63,868 bases of DNA, filler included, from Octopus bimaculoides (GCF_001194135.2; 4 parts of 4 records of this genome joined end to end with filler, not necessarily neighbours in it), one strand, 5' to 3'; counted from the first letter of the whole stretch, positions 40,447-53,306 are shown. The notes: generated from the sequence alone by a model not told the origin. Translations and numbers: made by a program.

Positions 40447-41847
40447 NNNNNNNNNNNNNNNNNNNNNNNNNNNNNNNNNNNNNNNNNNNNNNNNNNNNNN
40501 NNNNNNNNNNNNNNNNNNNNNNNNNNNNNNNNNNNNNNNNNNNNNNNNNNNNNNNNNNNNNNNNNNNNNNNNNNNNNNNNNNNNNNNNNNNNNNNNNNNN
40601 NNNNNNNNNNNNNNNNNNNNNNNNNNNNNNNNNNNNNNNNNNNNNNNNNNNNNNNNNNNNNNNNNNNNNNNNNNNNNNNNNNNNNNNNNNNNNNNNNNNN
40701 NNNNNNNNNNNNNNNNNNNNNNNNNNNNNNNNNNNNNNNNNNNNNNNNNNNNNNNNNNNNNNNNNNNNNNNNNNNNNNNNNNNNNNNNNNNNNNNNNNNN
40801 NNNNNNNNNNNNNNNNNNNNNNNNNNNNNNNNNNNNNNNNNNNNNNNNNNNNNNNNNNNNNNNNNNNNNNNNNNNNNNNNNNNNNNNNNNNNNNNNNNNN
40901 NNNNNNNNNNNNNNNNNNNNNNNNNNNNNNNNNNNNNNNNNNNNNNNNNNNNNNNNNNNNNNNNNNNNNNNNNNNNNNNNNNNNNNNNNNNNNNNNNNNN
41001 NNNNNNNNNNNNNNNNNNNNNNNNNNNNNNNNNNNNNNNNNNNNNNNNNNNNNNNNNNNNNNNNNNNNNNNNNNNNNNNNNNNNNNNNNNNNNNNNNNNN
41101 NNNNNNNNNNNNNNNNNNNNNNNNNNNNNNNNNNNNNNNNNNNNNNNNNNNNNNNNNNNNNNNNNNNNNNNNNNNNNNNNNNNNNNNNNNNNNNNNNNNN
41201 NNNNNNNNNNNNNNNNNNNNNNNNNNNNNNNNNNNNNNNNNNNNNNNNNNNNNNNNNNNNNNNNNNNNNNNNNNNNNNNNNNNNNNNNNNNNNNNNNNNN
41301 NNNNNNNNNNNNNNNNNNNNNNNNNNNNNNNNNNNNNNNNNNNNNNNNNNNNNNNNNNNNNNNNNNNNNNNNNNNNTATATATAAATTATATATGTGTGT
41401 CGCACAATCAGTATTCGTTTGTTCACATGTTTGTTTGATTTGATTATCATTGGTTGAAAATATGTTTGCGTTATTCTTTGTGATATGTAAGAAGTAAAAT
41501 AGTCTTGTAATGTTTTTTAAAATTATGTCGTGTGTCTGTCTAGCCTGCAGTGATCTGGCGGTTACTGAGTCAGTAAGCTAATGTTAGGCAGCAGTGTAAA
41601 ACAACAACATCATCAACAACAAATATAGTTTAATTCCTATTCTAGTCTGTGTGTTTATGTTTGTTTATTGTTCTGGTAGCATTGGTAAGTTGGTGAGGTT
41701 TTCTTACTCATTTATTTTCTGTTTGGTTGTTGATTTCTTGTAGCGGCGGCTGTTCCTTTACACCTACAAATCGGCGCGTGTGTGAGTGTGTGTATGGGTA
41801 TAAGCGTATTTACATATATGTATGTATATTTACATGCATACACACAC

Positions 41848-41910
<63 letters not shown>

Positions 41911-42508
41911 TGTATATATGTAAATATATTATATATGAATATATGTATGTATACACACACACACACACACACATATATATGTATATAAATACATATATAT
42001 ATGTATACACACACACACACACATATATATATACATATATATATATATATANNNNNNNNNNNNNNNNNNNNNNNNNNNNNNNNNNNNNNNNNNNNNNNNN
42101 NNNNNNNNNNNNNNNNNNNNNNNNNNNNNNNNNNNNNNNNNNNNNNNNNNNNNNNNNNNNNNNNNNNNNNNNNNNNNNNNNNNNNNNNNNNNNNNNNNNN
42201 NNNNNNNNNNNNNNNNNNNNNNNNNNNNNNNNNNNNNNNNNNNNNNNNNNNNNNNNNNNNNNNNNNNNNNNNNNNNNNNNNNNNNNNNNNNNNNNNNNNN
42301 NNNNNNNNNNNNNNNNNNNNNNNNNNNNNNNNNNNNNNNNNNNNNNNNNNNNNNNNNNNNNNNNNNNNNATAACAAATGACAAAATCAAATAAGAGAACC
42401 AAAGCATAAATGGGTGTTCATGGCTAATATTAAGTTATTGCTCGAAGAAGGAGAAATGTTATAAAATTAAAACTACAGAGTAAAAATATGACTTTTTGGA
42501 TGTGTGTT

Positions 42509-42564
<56 letters not shown>

Positions 42565-42566
<2 letters not shown>

Positions 42567-42800
42567 ATTTGGGGGTCTTACCGAAAGATTTAGGGAACAA
42601 AGAGAAAGCTATGATAGAAAGTGGCCTGCTTCTGTCTTCTTCCAGCACTCAATAGATTGCCATAATGACTCAATAAACAAATTTTGAGTAGATATCTTAT
42701 CCATCCAATCCTGTGATACTATATTGAGGCAAGTCACAGAGTCAATCTGCTTAAGAGAATGTATGCCTAGCTTCAGTCATAAGTCCAATTAGGTGACACG
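42565..42800 (+). mobile_element. Possible Penelope-like GIY-YIG C-terminal fragment
   Basis: LTERFREQRESY..SVFFQHSIDCH..ILRQVTESICLRECMPSF resembles the R..EH / L..H / R...E...I....P pattern of GIY-YIG C-termini. Confidence 0.45.
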
Positions 42801-42856
42801 CAAGATTCCCCATCAATTCCCTTTTCATTCACAACCGCTTTCACTGTTCATTCATC

Positions 42857-42921
<65 letters not shown>

Positions 42922-42925
<4 letters not shown>

Positions 42926-43725
42926 ACTGTTCAATATTTGGTAGTTTGAGGCAGATTTCTACTGCATATCCTGCTACACCTCCGTGTTGCTGAGGTGTGT
43001 GTAGCATTGTGTGTTCTTTTCTGATGTTGGGAGTGTGCGAACTCTTCCCGGTCCTGTATTGTGTTTAGTTTTTTTTTTGATCCTTGAGATGAGGTGCTGT
43101 CTTTTGTTGTGTTACTGCTTGTACTGTGCAAAGCTTTGGTTTTTCTGGCTTGCTGGTAGGAGTTTATTTTACTGGGTAAATGCTGTATGGAGTGTGTCTT
43201 GTATTTGTGGGTTGTTTTGTTTAGGTTGTATTATTGGATTTATAACATCTTGCGTAATATGTGGGCTATCTCTATCAGGGCTATTTTTTGGACAGTGTCT
43301 AGTGTTGAGGATCCAGGTATAGCTTCTACATTTTTGTTCATGTGATTTTTAATCATGTCCAATGCTCCAATTATTATTGATATTGTTTTTACCTTCATGC
43401 CCCACATCTTGAATACTTCAATTTCGAAGTCTTTGTACTTCGACAATTTCTCCATTTCTATTTTGACAATATTATGATGAGAAGGGACTGCAAAGTCTAT
43501 CAGCAAGCAGGTGTTTTTCCCTAATCCTTGCCTATTATGACTGGGCGATTAGCTTTTATTTCTTTGTCGGTTTGAACCGTCATATCCCAGATGATTGTGG
43601 CCTGATCGTTATCTTGTGCCTTGCTTAGCTCATGCTTATACCATCTGCTGTCAGTTTGGATGTTGGAATGTTGGCATATTGTCCAGTGGATATAACTGCT
43701 TACTTTGTCGTGTCTGTATACATAT

Positions 43726-43727
<2 letters not shown>
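42922..43727 (-). mobile_element. R4/Dong family 3, 5'-truncated, flanked by (TAA)n on both sides
   Basis: EYVYRHDKVSSYIHWTIC..IIWDMTVQTDKEIKANRP..CLLIDFAVP..EKLSKYKDFEIEV..QKIALIEIAHILRKML*. TTA tracts lie at 42858-42921 and 43728-43788. Confidence 0.9.
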
Positions 43728-43786
<59 letters not shown>

Positions 43787-43788
43787 CA

Positions 43789-44470
43789 TATGTTTGACTT
43801 TTGCTTTGTACAAGTTGGTTTCAAGTCTCACCAAGAGACCTCAAGAGACAAGTTAGAAGTTATGGCTAGAGTTTGGTTTTGCACATATATATATTTGGTT
43901 TGCACATAGTATTATTCTAGAGAATATTTAAGAAAACATAAGAAAATTATGAGTTTGTTTTAAAATTTGACATTACATAAACAGTATTTTACGTAGGACA
44001 TGGGCAGTTCCCATGAGCACTATCTTTTGAACTTCTGCTATTTTGGGGTTTCCTGGTGTGAGAACTAGGTAAGAATCAGCCCCTTTTGCTATCATTCCTA
44101 GGGCACCTATGATAACAGGTATTGTTTTAGTCTTGAAGTTCCACATTTTGCCAATTTCTATTTCAAGATCTTTATTCTTGCTCAGTTTTTCGTAGGTTTG
44201 ACAAATACATTTATATCGATTGGGACAGTCATATCAATGAGGAGGCATAATTTTTGTCTGAAGTCTTTCAATATAATGTCTGGCCTATTCGCATCTATCT
44301 TTCTGTCAGTTTCAATGGTGAAGTTCCAGAGGAGTGAGATGTGATCATTTTCAAGCGCTGGAGGTGGTTTGTGTTCCCGCCAGTTTTTAACATGGGGCAG
44401 GTCCAGGTTTTTACAAATTACCCAGTGAATATATTGTGCTGCTCTATCATGCCTGTTGAGATACTCTGCC
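43789..44470 (-). mobile_element. R4/Dong family 2, 5'-truncated, with TAA tail at 43728-43788
   Basis: AEYLNRHDRAAQYIHWVICK..LLWNFTIETDRKIDANRPDIILKD..CLLIDMTVP. The 3'UTR matches 24790-25017. Confidence 0.9.
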
Positions 44471-44600
44471 AATTCGATCATGCCTGTGTATATACGAGTA
44501 TATTCAGATTTGGCAACAAGTAGGCAGCCTGACATGATGTGATTAACTGTCGCACTGAGCTGGTTGCACATTCTGTTTTTGGTGTTAGGATTCGTCTTCG

Positions 44601-44963
44601 TTATTTTTACCTCCGCCTTAGCGAAGGCGGAGGCATTGTTTTCATTCGTGCTTGTTTGTTTGTCTGTCCGTGGACAAGATATCTCAAGAACCGCTGGAAA
44701 GGATTCGGATGAAACTTTCAGGGATGTTTGGCCTCGTGACTGGCATAAACTGATTATATCTGGGGATCGATCTGGTACCGGGCAAGGATTCTGGATTATT
44801 TTTTCCGGTTTATTTACTTAATTTTCGAGAGCGGTCGGGTTCTTTTGTGAGAGCAGTCGAGTTTATTTCAGATATTCTCATTTCAAAAGTCAATTCCAGT
44901 TAATCGTCAAGAGGATGTTGGTGTTGCCCTGGCGGAAGTTTGCGCTCTCTGAGTGCTCTTGTT
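44601..44963 (+). mobile_element. Non-autonomous Helentron/Helitron2-type (DINE-1-like, HINE) rolling-circle element
   Basis: The 5' sub-terminal repeat ACCTCCGCC sits in a 10-bp hairpin (44610-44633), followed by a (TTTG/TCTG) microsatellite. The 3' sub-terminal repeat GGCGGAAGT (44931) is followed by the hairpin GCGCTCTCTGAGTGC. Both ends are TT. Confidence 0.75.
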
Positions 44964-45600
44964 ATTATTGTTATTATTATTATTATTATTATTATTGGTA
45001 TTATGCAGCGCGAATCAGTTCCTCCGTTTCTGCTTTTAGGCCGGAGTTTTTGAGTCATTGTTGACATTCACTACTTCTCAATTGAGCTTTGCAGGGTGTT
45101 GGCCATGGAGTGGTGTTTCTCTTCATTTCTTCTTAAGAAGGTTTTGTAAATTTGTTGTCATGTTTTATTTTTGTATCTTTAATCATTTCTGTCGAGTTGT
45201 TATCTAAATTCATTGTTTCATTCTAGCCTGTCTCTACTTCGTATATTATCACTTTCTTGTGTATGGAGAATTGTTTCTTATTTTTGTTCGCCTTTCTTTA
45301 TTACATTTATGAATCGTTTCTTATTTGTTTCTAAGTATTTGTCCAATCCAATTTCTATTTTATAGCAGTTTCCTATTTGTGTCAGGCCATGTTCGGAGTG
45401 GGTATAGTCTGTCTGTATCTACTTCGAGATTGTGGTTCCGAGATGCTATCAATAGTTTCCTAGTTTTTCGAAGATTTTCAATTCACTTAGGTTTTAGTTT
45501 ATTATATTATCGCGAGTTTATCACTGATATCGCTAGTGTATTTATACCAATTATCTTATTTCTAGCACTCAGCTCAGTTTTTAATATTAGTTTAACTCTT

Positions 45601-45800
45601 TTAAGGTGGCGAACTGGCAGAATCGTTAGCACGCCGGGAAAAATGATTATCAGCATTTCGTCTGTCTTTACGTTCTGAGTTCAAATTCCACCAAGGTCGG
45701 CTTTGCTTTTCATCCTTTCAGGGTTGATAAAATAAGTACCAATTGTAATAGACTTACACCCTGCCCCGACATTGCTGACCTTGTGCCAAAATTTGAAATC
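45601..45800 (+). mobile_element. SINE family B, copy 1 of a tandem pair
   Basis: A-box-like TGGCAGAATCG and B-box GAGTTCAAATTCC, bounded by the 18-bp repeat AATATTAGTTTAACTCTT. Confidence 0.85.
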
Positions 45801-45818
45801 AATATTAGTTTAACTCTT

Positions 45819-46032
45819 AAGGCGGTGACCTGGCGTAATTGTTACCATGCCGAAAAATTGCTAAGCGGCATTTCTTCCAATTCAACTTTCGGAGTTCAAA
45901 TTCTGCCGAGCTCGACTTTGCCTGTCATTGTTTCGAGGTCAATTAAATAAGTATCAGTTTAGCACTGGGGTGCATATAATCGACGTACCCCATCCCCCGA
46001 AACTGCTGGTCATTGTACCAAAATTTGAAACC
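45819..46032 (+). mobile_element. SINE family B, copy 2 of a tandem pair
   Basis: Same structure as copy 1, diverged from it, bounded by the same 18-bp repeat. Confidence 0.85.
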
Positions 46033-46510
46033 AATATTAGTTTAACTCTTCTTTTCTTTCATTTTCATGAGTTGTATTCGTGCTAATTCCTATTACTCCT
46101 AGGTAGTTGCATGGGTAATTTGATTTTAATTCTCTAATTTCAGAGTCTATGTCTAGTATATTTTCAGTGCTGGTTAATTTGCCGCCTCTTTACCATTTTG
46201 GCGCGTTTGCTTAATCCCATACTCATCCTTACGTCTTGCTTGAAATTATGGACAATTTTTTGAAGGTTGTCTCATTTATTATTATTCTTTGCGAAGATAT
46301 TTAAGTCGTCGATACTCAGGAGATGAATTCTATTTTGCCCATAGCACCTGTATCCCATGGTGGTTTCATTTAGCAAGATTGCTGTGTCTGAGTAAGGCAG
46401 AAAAATAAGGGGAACAATAGTCACCTTGGAAAATTCCTCTTCTTAGAAGTATAGAGCTATCTTTTCAATGCTTTGGTAGTTTTCCTGAAATCATTATAGT
46501 TATCATTATC

Positions 46511-46975
46511 GAGTGAGAGAGCAACAGATGCCATCAAAGTGATATTGGGGTACAAATATACGCAGCCCAATATATCCATCCGATAACAGTACACCAGGCA
46601 TCACAACCATATGTGCGCAACATGATTACCTCATATCAAGATAAACAGCGCATGAACTTGCGGGTGGAGCCCAGTTAGATTTTTCTTGAGGCGAGTAGGA
46701 CATCCCTTTCAAAAGATCCCTGAATAAATAGTGGGGGAACATCATGCGCGTTTGTTTAAGGATGGTGAACAAAATTTTTAAAATCCATGCTTTCAGAGGT
46801 GAATTATCCAAACTCCAAAGAATTCCTCTCAATACATGGCTATGATGTTCACCCATTACTTCTGCTCGTAATCAGAGATGCACATATCATCAGCCACTAA
46901 GGGACATGCTCAACTGGTTGATGTCAAGCAACTGACAAGCAAATCTGTGGTATTGAGCAGAATATTTGTTGTAGT
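46511..46975 (-). mobile_element. Non-coding family C retroelement
   Basis: Reverse complement of 25040-25491. GAGTGAGAGAGC end with an ATT-like tail at 46494-46510. Confidence 0.75.
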
Positions 46976-47039
46976 CCATGACAAAATTGCAGACTACAGC
47001 ATACACATGGTCACAAGAACACAAATTTCACAACTTGCC

Positions 47040-47175
47040 AAGTAAACGCAGTGGTGTAACTCGGCACACTGCCTCAGGAAGGTCACAGCTAGTTCTCATT
47101 GTGCACGCAACCGTGTACTGCCATTTGTTGGCGCGCTGTAGAACCAGTCCGGGAACTTTTTGATGTATATCTATA
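47040..47175. mobile_element. Possible mariner-like terminal fragment
   Basis: Ends AACCAGTCCGGGAACTTTTTGATG..TATA, which resembles mariner TIRs. No partner end seen. Confidence 0.3.
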
Positions 47176-47200
47176 CACCTTGTATATATACCTATATATA

Positions 47201-47723
47201 TACCATACGAAAGTCTTTGGCCACTTTAAATTATTGTAAATTTCTACTAGTCGCCAACTTGATGTTTCGCATTGCATTTTTTACAGATGAAACATTGACC
47301 CTGTTGGAGTCATTTCCATACCTAATCGTTATATTTTGTAGTAGAGGTTTTGAATGAGAGGGGAAGATGCGAGATAACCACCAAAAATTGCCGGGCAAAA
47401 GCTTTCAGCCACCTCACATAAACCAATCAAGTTACAGTGTTTTATAACAGAAAATGTCTATAACGAACATTTATTACAAGAAGTTTCTGTACATTGTTAA
47501 TATTTCGTGCGGCTTCCCTTAGTTTGAATAATTGCTTCAATGCACTTGGGAAGAGATGCTTAACCTTAACCATCCTTAACCATCTTCATCTTCACAGTTA
47601 TGACATGCCATTCTCTGTGGCTGAGCTTCCACAACTCTTCAAGATTGTGAAACATCCACTTATAAGTTGGAAATTAGTCGGAATATACAATGGTTTAAAA
47701 TGGCCGAAGAGTTTTACATGGTA
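47201..47723 (-). mobile_element. Tc1-family internal-deletion derivative
   Basis: Imperfect TIRs of about 60 bp (TACCAT..AAA.TCTT.GGCCA.TTTAAA) with TA at both ends. The minus strand keeps the Tc1 C-terminal motif ASLPKCIEAIIQTKGSRTKY* (47497-47560). Confidence 0.8.
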
Positions 47724-47747
47724 TTGTGTATATATGTATATATATAA

Positions 47748-47807
<60 letters not shown>

Positions 47808-48904
47808 TAACTGTCTCGCTTTTGCATAGATATTGGTTTCTGTGTTTTCACATTGATCATCAGCTTGCATAACGCAATGCACACACACACACACACAAAC
47901 ACACGCACACACAAACACACACACTCAAACACTTACACACACATACACACAAACACACACACACACACGCACAATACCACACATGCACACACACACATAT
48001 ATACATNNNNNNNNNNNNNNNNNNNNNNNNNNNNNNNNNNNNNNNNNNNNNNNNNNNNNNNNNNNNNNNNNNNNNNNNNNNNNNNNNNNNNNNNNNNNNN
48101 NNNNNNNNNNNNNNNNNNNNNNNNNNNNNNNNNNNNNNNNNNNNNNNNNNNNNNNNNNNNNNNNNNNNNNNNNNNNNNNNNNNNNNNNNNNNNNNNNNNN
48201 NNNNNNNNNNNNNNNNNNNNNNNNNNNNNNNNNNNNNNNNNNNNNNNNNNNNNNNNNNNNNNNNNNNNNNNNNNNNNNNNNNNNNNNNNNNNNNNNNNNN
48301 NNNNNNNNNNNNNNNNNNNNNNNNNNNNNNNNNNNNNNNNNNNNNNNNNNNNNNNNNNNNNNNNNNNNNNNNNNNNNNNNNNNNNNNNNNNNNNNNNNNN
48401 NNNNNNNNNNNNNNNNNNNNNNNNNNNNNNNNNNNNNNNNNNNNNNNNNNNNNNNNNNNNNNNNNNNNNNNNNNNNNNNNNNNNNNNNNNNNNNNNNNNN
48501 NNNNNNNNNNNNNNNNNNNNNNNNNNNNNNNNNNNNNNNNNNNNNNNNNNNNNNNNNNNNNNNNNNNNNNNNNNNNNNNNNNNNNNNNNNNNNNNNNNNN
48601 NNNNNNNNNNNNNNNNNNNNNNNNNNNNNNNNNNNNNNNNNNNNNNNNNNNNNNNNNNNNNNNNNNNNNNNNNNNNNNNNNNNNNNNNNNNNNNNNNNNN
48701 NNNNNNNNNNNNNNNNNNNNNNNNNNNNNNNNNNNNNNNNNNNNNNNNNNNNNNNNNNNNNNNNNNNNNNNNNNNNNNNNNNNNNNNNNNNNNNNNNNNN
48801 NNNNNNNNNNNNNNNNNNNNNNNNNNNNNNNNNNNNNNNNNNNNNNNNNNNNNNNNNNNNNNNNNNNNNNNNNNNNNNNNNNNNNNNNNNNNNNNNNNNN
48901 NNNN

Positions 48905-48941
<37 letters not shown>

Positions 48942-49473
48942 TTGTGTGTATGTATATTCGTCACTAAGTGTGACTAAAGCAGCCGATGCACCTACATTGC
49001 TACAAATAAGAGTTAAGATACTCTTAATAGTGTAGGATGAGCGCAAAAACATGTTGAAAATGTCTATTGAATAGACGAAACTAGACGTCTAAGATTTTCC
49101 AGTCGGCATGCGGCGGTGGCTTCCCTGTCAGCATGTATATGCGCTCTTCCTACAGCATTAAGAGTATTTTAATACTTATCACAAGCATTGTGTGTACACG
49201 AGATGCTTAGTCATATACTTAGTGACTATTGAAGTTTTCCTTCATGGTATCACATTGCACCTAGCTGTTTATATATATGTATATATATATATATNNNNNN
49301 NNNNNNNNNNNNNNNNNNNNNNNNNNNNNNNNNNNNNNNNNNNNNNNNNNNNNNNNNNNNNNNNNNNNNNNNNNNNNNNNNNNNNNNNNNNNNNNNNNNN
49401 NNNNNNNNNNNNNNNNNNNNNNNNNNNNNNNNNNNNNNNNNNNNNNNNNNNNNNNNNNNNNATATGTATGTGT

Positions 49474-49520
<47 letters not shown>

Positions 49521-50847
49521 AAAAGAATATGTTATAATACCTCTCCACACATACAAAAATACCCATACCAACATAACTCCAATCCAACATACCTCCATCA
49601 TTAGCTGCCCCACGGATATCATTATGGTTTCGACACCTGGGCAGTACTATCTATCCGGTGGTGTCAACAGCACTAAAATAAGTGTTGTTTGGTAACAAAC
49701 ATCAAAGAAACCACAATTTTCAAACACATTTACCCATTGTAAAACCGCATCGGTAAAAGAATTCAATAAGTAAATTACAACCAACTCCTAAATACGTAAC
49801 TAATCAATGACCAAACCATTAAGTCATACAGAAATTATAATCCCTACCGTCTTCCATAGTATAATATAAAAGTGAAACCTTTAATGACCACATTCATTCG
49901 GTCAATCAATTCATAGGTAGGATTAAACACTAACTTTAATAAAACTACAACAAAGAAACATATAAGCCAATGTACATTGTATGGGTACATTGCAATAACT
50001 TAATTATATGCTAAATCGCGACCAATCTTTAAGTCCATGCAAATGATAATCCCACCAGTCTTCCATAGTTATTATTCTAATAAAATGTAAAGCTTTATAT
50101 AAATCTCTCCAAAACAGAACAAACACGATTGAAATTAATTTAACTAATAATATAATAATTATGAGTGAAATACATTATTTCATCATTCAAAAGATAATAA
50201 TAAAACACTACATACTCATTAATATATCACCACAACAAGTTATAATATTAAATTACCAGTAACTAATAGAAACATTTGATTTTATTAAATAGGAACTAAT
50301 AAAAGTACTTGTAAGTAACTATTATTAAAAAACCTTGTTATGTTTCAAGCTAATTAAAACTGTTTAAAAGATAATAAAACTACAAGTATTAACACTTACA
50401 TGTTTTATGAGACGCGCGGTTCCATCACCAAGAATCAAAAGGAGCAGTTTAAGTATTGATGATGTAGTGCGTAATTACTACTTCCTCAATTATCTCAAAC
50501 AATGTTGGTGATGTAGTAAGCAAATAACTCGAATCGTAAACCATCCAAATCATTCCAAATATTTGCTAAGTTGAAGACTAGATACTGGCCCATATTTATC
50601 TACAATTTCGAGTTTCACACCTAAACAACGAATAAAAGTGCTAAACAATTTACCATATTTATATATGTATANNNNNNNNNNNNNNNNNNNNNNNNNNNNN
50701 NNNNNNNNNNNNNNNNNNNNNNNNNNNNNNNNNNNNNNNNNNNNNNNNNNNNNNNNNNNNNNNNNNNNNNNNNNNNNNNNNNNNNNNNNNNNNNNNNNNN
50801 NNNNNNNNNNNNNNNNNNNNNNNNNNNNNNNNNNNNNNNNNNNNNNN

Positions 50848-50900
<53 letters not shown>

Positions 50901-50963
50901 ATATATGTATGTGTGTGTATATATATATATATCTGTAATATAATATGTGACAATTTGTAACGT

Positions 50964-51870
50964 CAGTACTCAGCTACACTTATAGAACATGGAATTGAAC
51001 GTGCCAAGAAACTGGACACAAACACACTAAGAACAACAAAACAAAACACCACACCTCACCTCAAATCACTCCCATACATATCAACCTACACCCCTAGAAA
51101 CAACGAAGCATACAACAGAATTATACAAAATCTCCCTATCTCACTCAGGACCCAAAAATGAACAGCATCCTAAATAAACACAAATTACTAAAATGTAAAA
51201 GACAAGACAAATCACTCAAGAGACTCCTTACAAATGGAAAACTCTACTCAATACATACAACACCAACAGTTAAAAAATGCAGACGACCCAATTGTGGTAC
51301 ATGCCCACACCTAAGTGAAGGCACAGGATTCACATTCCAGCAAGGACAAAAATTCTCAATCAAAACTAACTTCACATGTGCCTCCCACAACCTTATCTAT
51401 GTCCTAACCTGCTCAGGTTGTTGACATAACTACGTAGGCCAAACGAGCGTATCTTTGAGACGCAGATTCACGATGCTTAAGGAACAGATTCGCTTCCCTC
51501 AGTACAGGCAAATTGCACTGAGCGCACATATTGACAGATGCGCAGGTGATAAAACGCCAAAGTTCCTTATCACCCCCCCCCCCCTGTACCAGTGCAAACA
51601 TTCAATTTCAGTGCAAGAACGACTAAATAAAGAGAACTTATATAAACCACACCTCAATATTCAAATCTGACAACCTTAAAAAAACTATTCTAAGGAATCA
51701 GTTATCCCCTTGACACCCATTACCTCCCTTGGTTCACTCTCCAAACCCTTCCTAACTTTTCAAACAGCCAAGATGGCGAAACCCCCTCATCATGCGAATT
51801 AATCACTATACAATGGCCCTTGAAAAACTAATTTAAATAGCGAAAACCGGTTGGATTTTACAACACCCAT
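50964..51870 (+). mobile_element. Penelope-like retroelement 3' part (Cys-rich linker, GIY-YIG endonuclease, terminal repeat), pseudogenised
   Basis: KKCRRPNCGTCPHL linker, NLIYVLTCSGC*HNYVGQTSVSLRRRFT GIY-YIG motif and stop at 51670. One frameshift near 51140 and one in-frame TGA. Confidence 0.9.
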
Positions 51871-51876
51871 ATAATA

Positions 51877-52375
<499 letters not shown>

Positions 52376-52399
52376 GTATATATGTATATATTTATATAA

Positions 52400-52751
52400 A
52401 AAAAATATTAAACTATGTAAAACGAAGGCATTTTTCTTCATCTTTCTTTACATATTTTCAACTCATAATTTTACCACGTGTTGTTTACTGAATCTCCAGT
52501 ATCTAGTCTCCAACTTACCAAATATTTGTAAGGATTTGGAAGGTTTACGATTCAAGTTATTTACTTACGACATTGGAAACTACAAGTTTTTTTTCATTCT
52601 CTCTCTCCGTTTATTTTCTCTTATTCGCTTCTGTTGAAGAGCGTAGGCTCGAAACGTAGAGGACTTCTTTTCATTTTTCCCGAGCGTCAGTCTTATACAT
52701 TTGTTTGTTGTCCATACACCCGTCTTCGCCTTTTGTTTTTCGATAAAATTC

Positions 52752-52756
<5 letters not shown>
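52400..52756 (+). mobile_element. Penelope-like 3' end/terminal repeat containing a hammerhead-like motif
   Basis: CTGTTGA-A-GAGC-GTAG-GCTC-GAAACGTA at 52631-52658. Homologous to 24190-24342 and ends at a (TA)n tract. Confidence 0.55.
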
Positions 52757-52834
<78 letters not shown>

Positions 52835-53275
52835 CATGTATTTATGTATGTATGTATGTATGTATGTATGTATGTATGTATATACATGTATATATATGCA
52901 AGTTTGTGTGTATGTATATAGTATATATGTATGCATATAAATGAAGAGCCCTTCAAAATTTAGAATTGAGTATAATGTTCAACGTCAGGTGAGGACGAGT
53001 AGAATTTTTCCGGATTTTATGATTTTATAACAGGTCGACGACAGCCTATGCAAAATTGCCATACCCACGCATATACACGTGTATGTTGGAAGAGAGACGT
53101 CTGTTCACACATATAGATATAGATATACTGTACACGTATGGAGAGCTACACATACAAAAATGCGTGTGAATACTCACACACATTTATACACTAATGCACT
53201 TTCAACGCACATACCCGTAAATAATGTGTGTTTTTATGTTTATCTAAACCTATGAATATGAATCGATATACCTAA

Positions 53276-53306
<31 letters not shown>

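Larger units (their letters stand above)
44468..46492 (-). mobile_element. Older R4/Dong element (RT C-terminus to CCHC finger) carrying nested insertions
   Basis: Collinear pieces: RGIFQGD (46420-46440), HLLSIDDLNIFAK, NYLGV, RVKLILKTELSARNKIIGINTLA, KTRKLL..DTDRLY, PLHGQ, GLKAETEELIRAA, MCNQLSATVNHIMSGC. It is interrupted by two SINEs and a Helentron-type element. Confidence 0.85.

Noticed and set aside
51422-51424. In-frame TGA in the Penelope GIY-YIG motif as selenocysteine recoding (known for some Naiad elements)
   Set aside because: The TGA follows CxxC at a position usually Gly (GGA to TGA is one change) rather than replacing a Cys. The copy has another frameshift, and I saw no SECIS.
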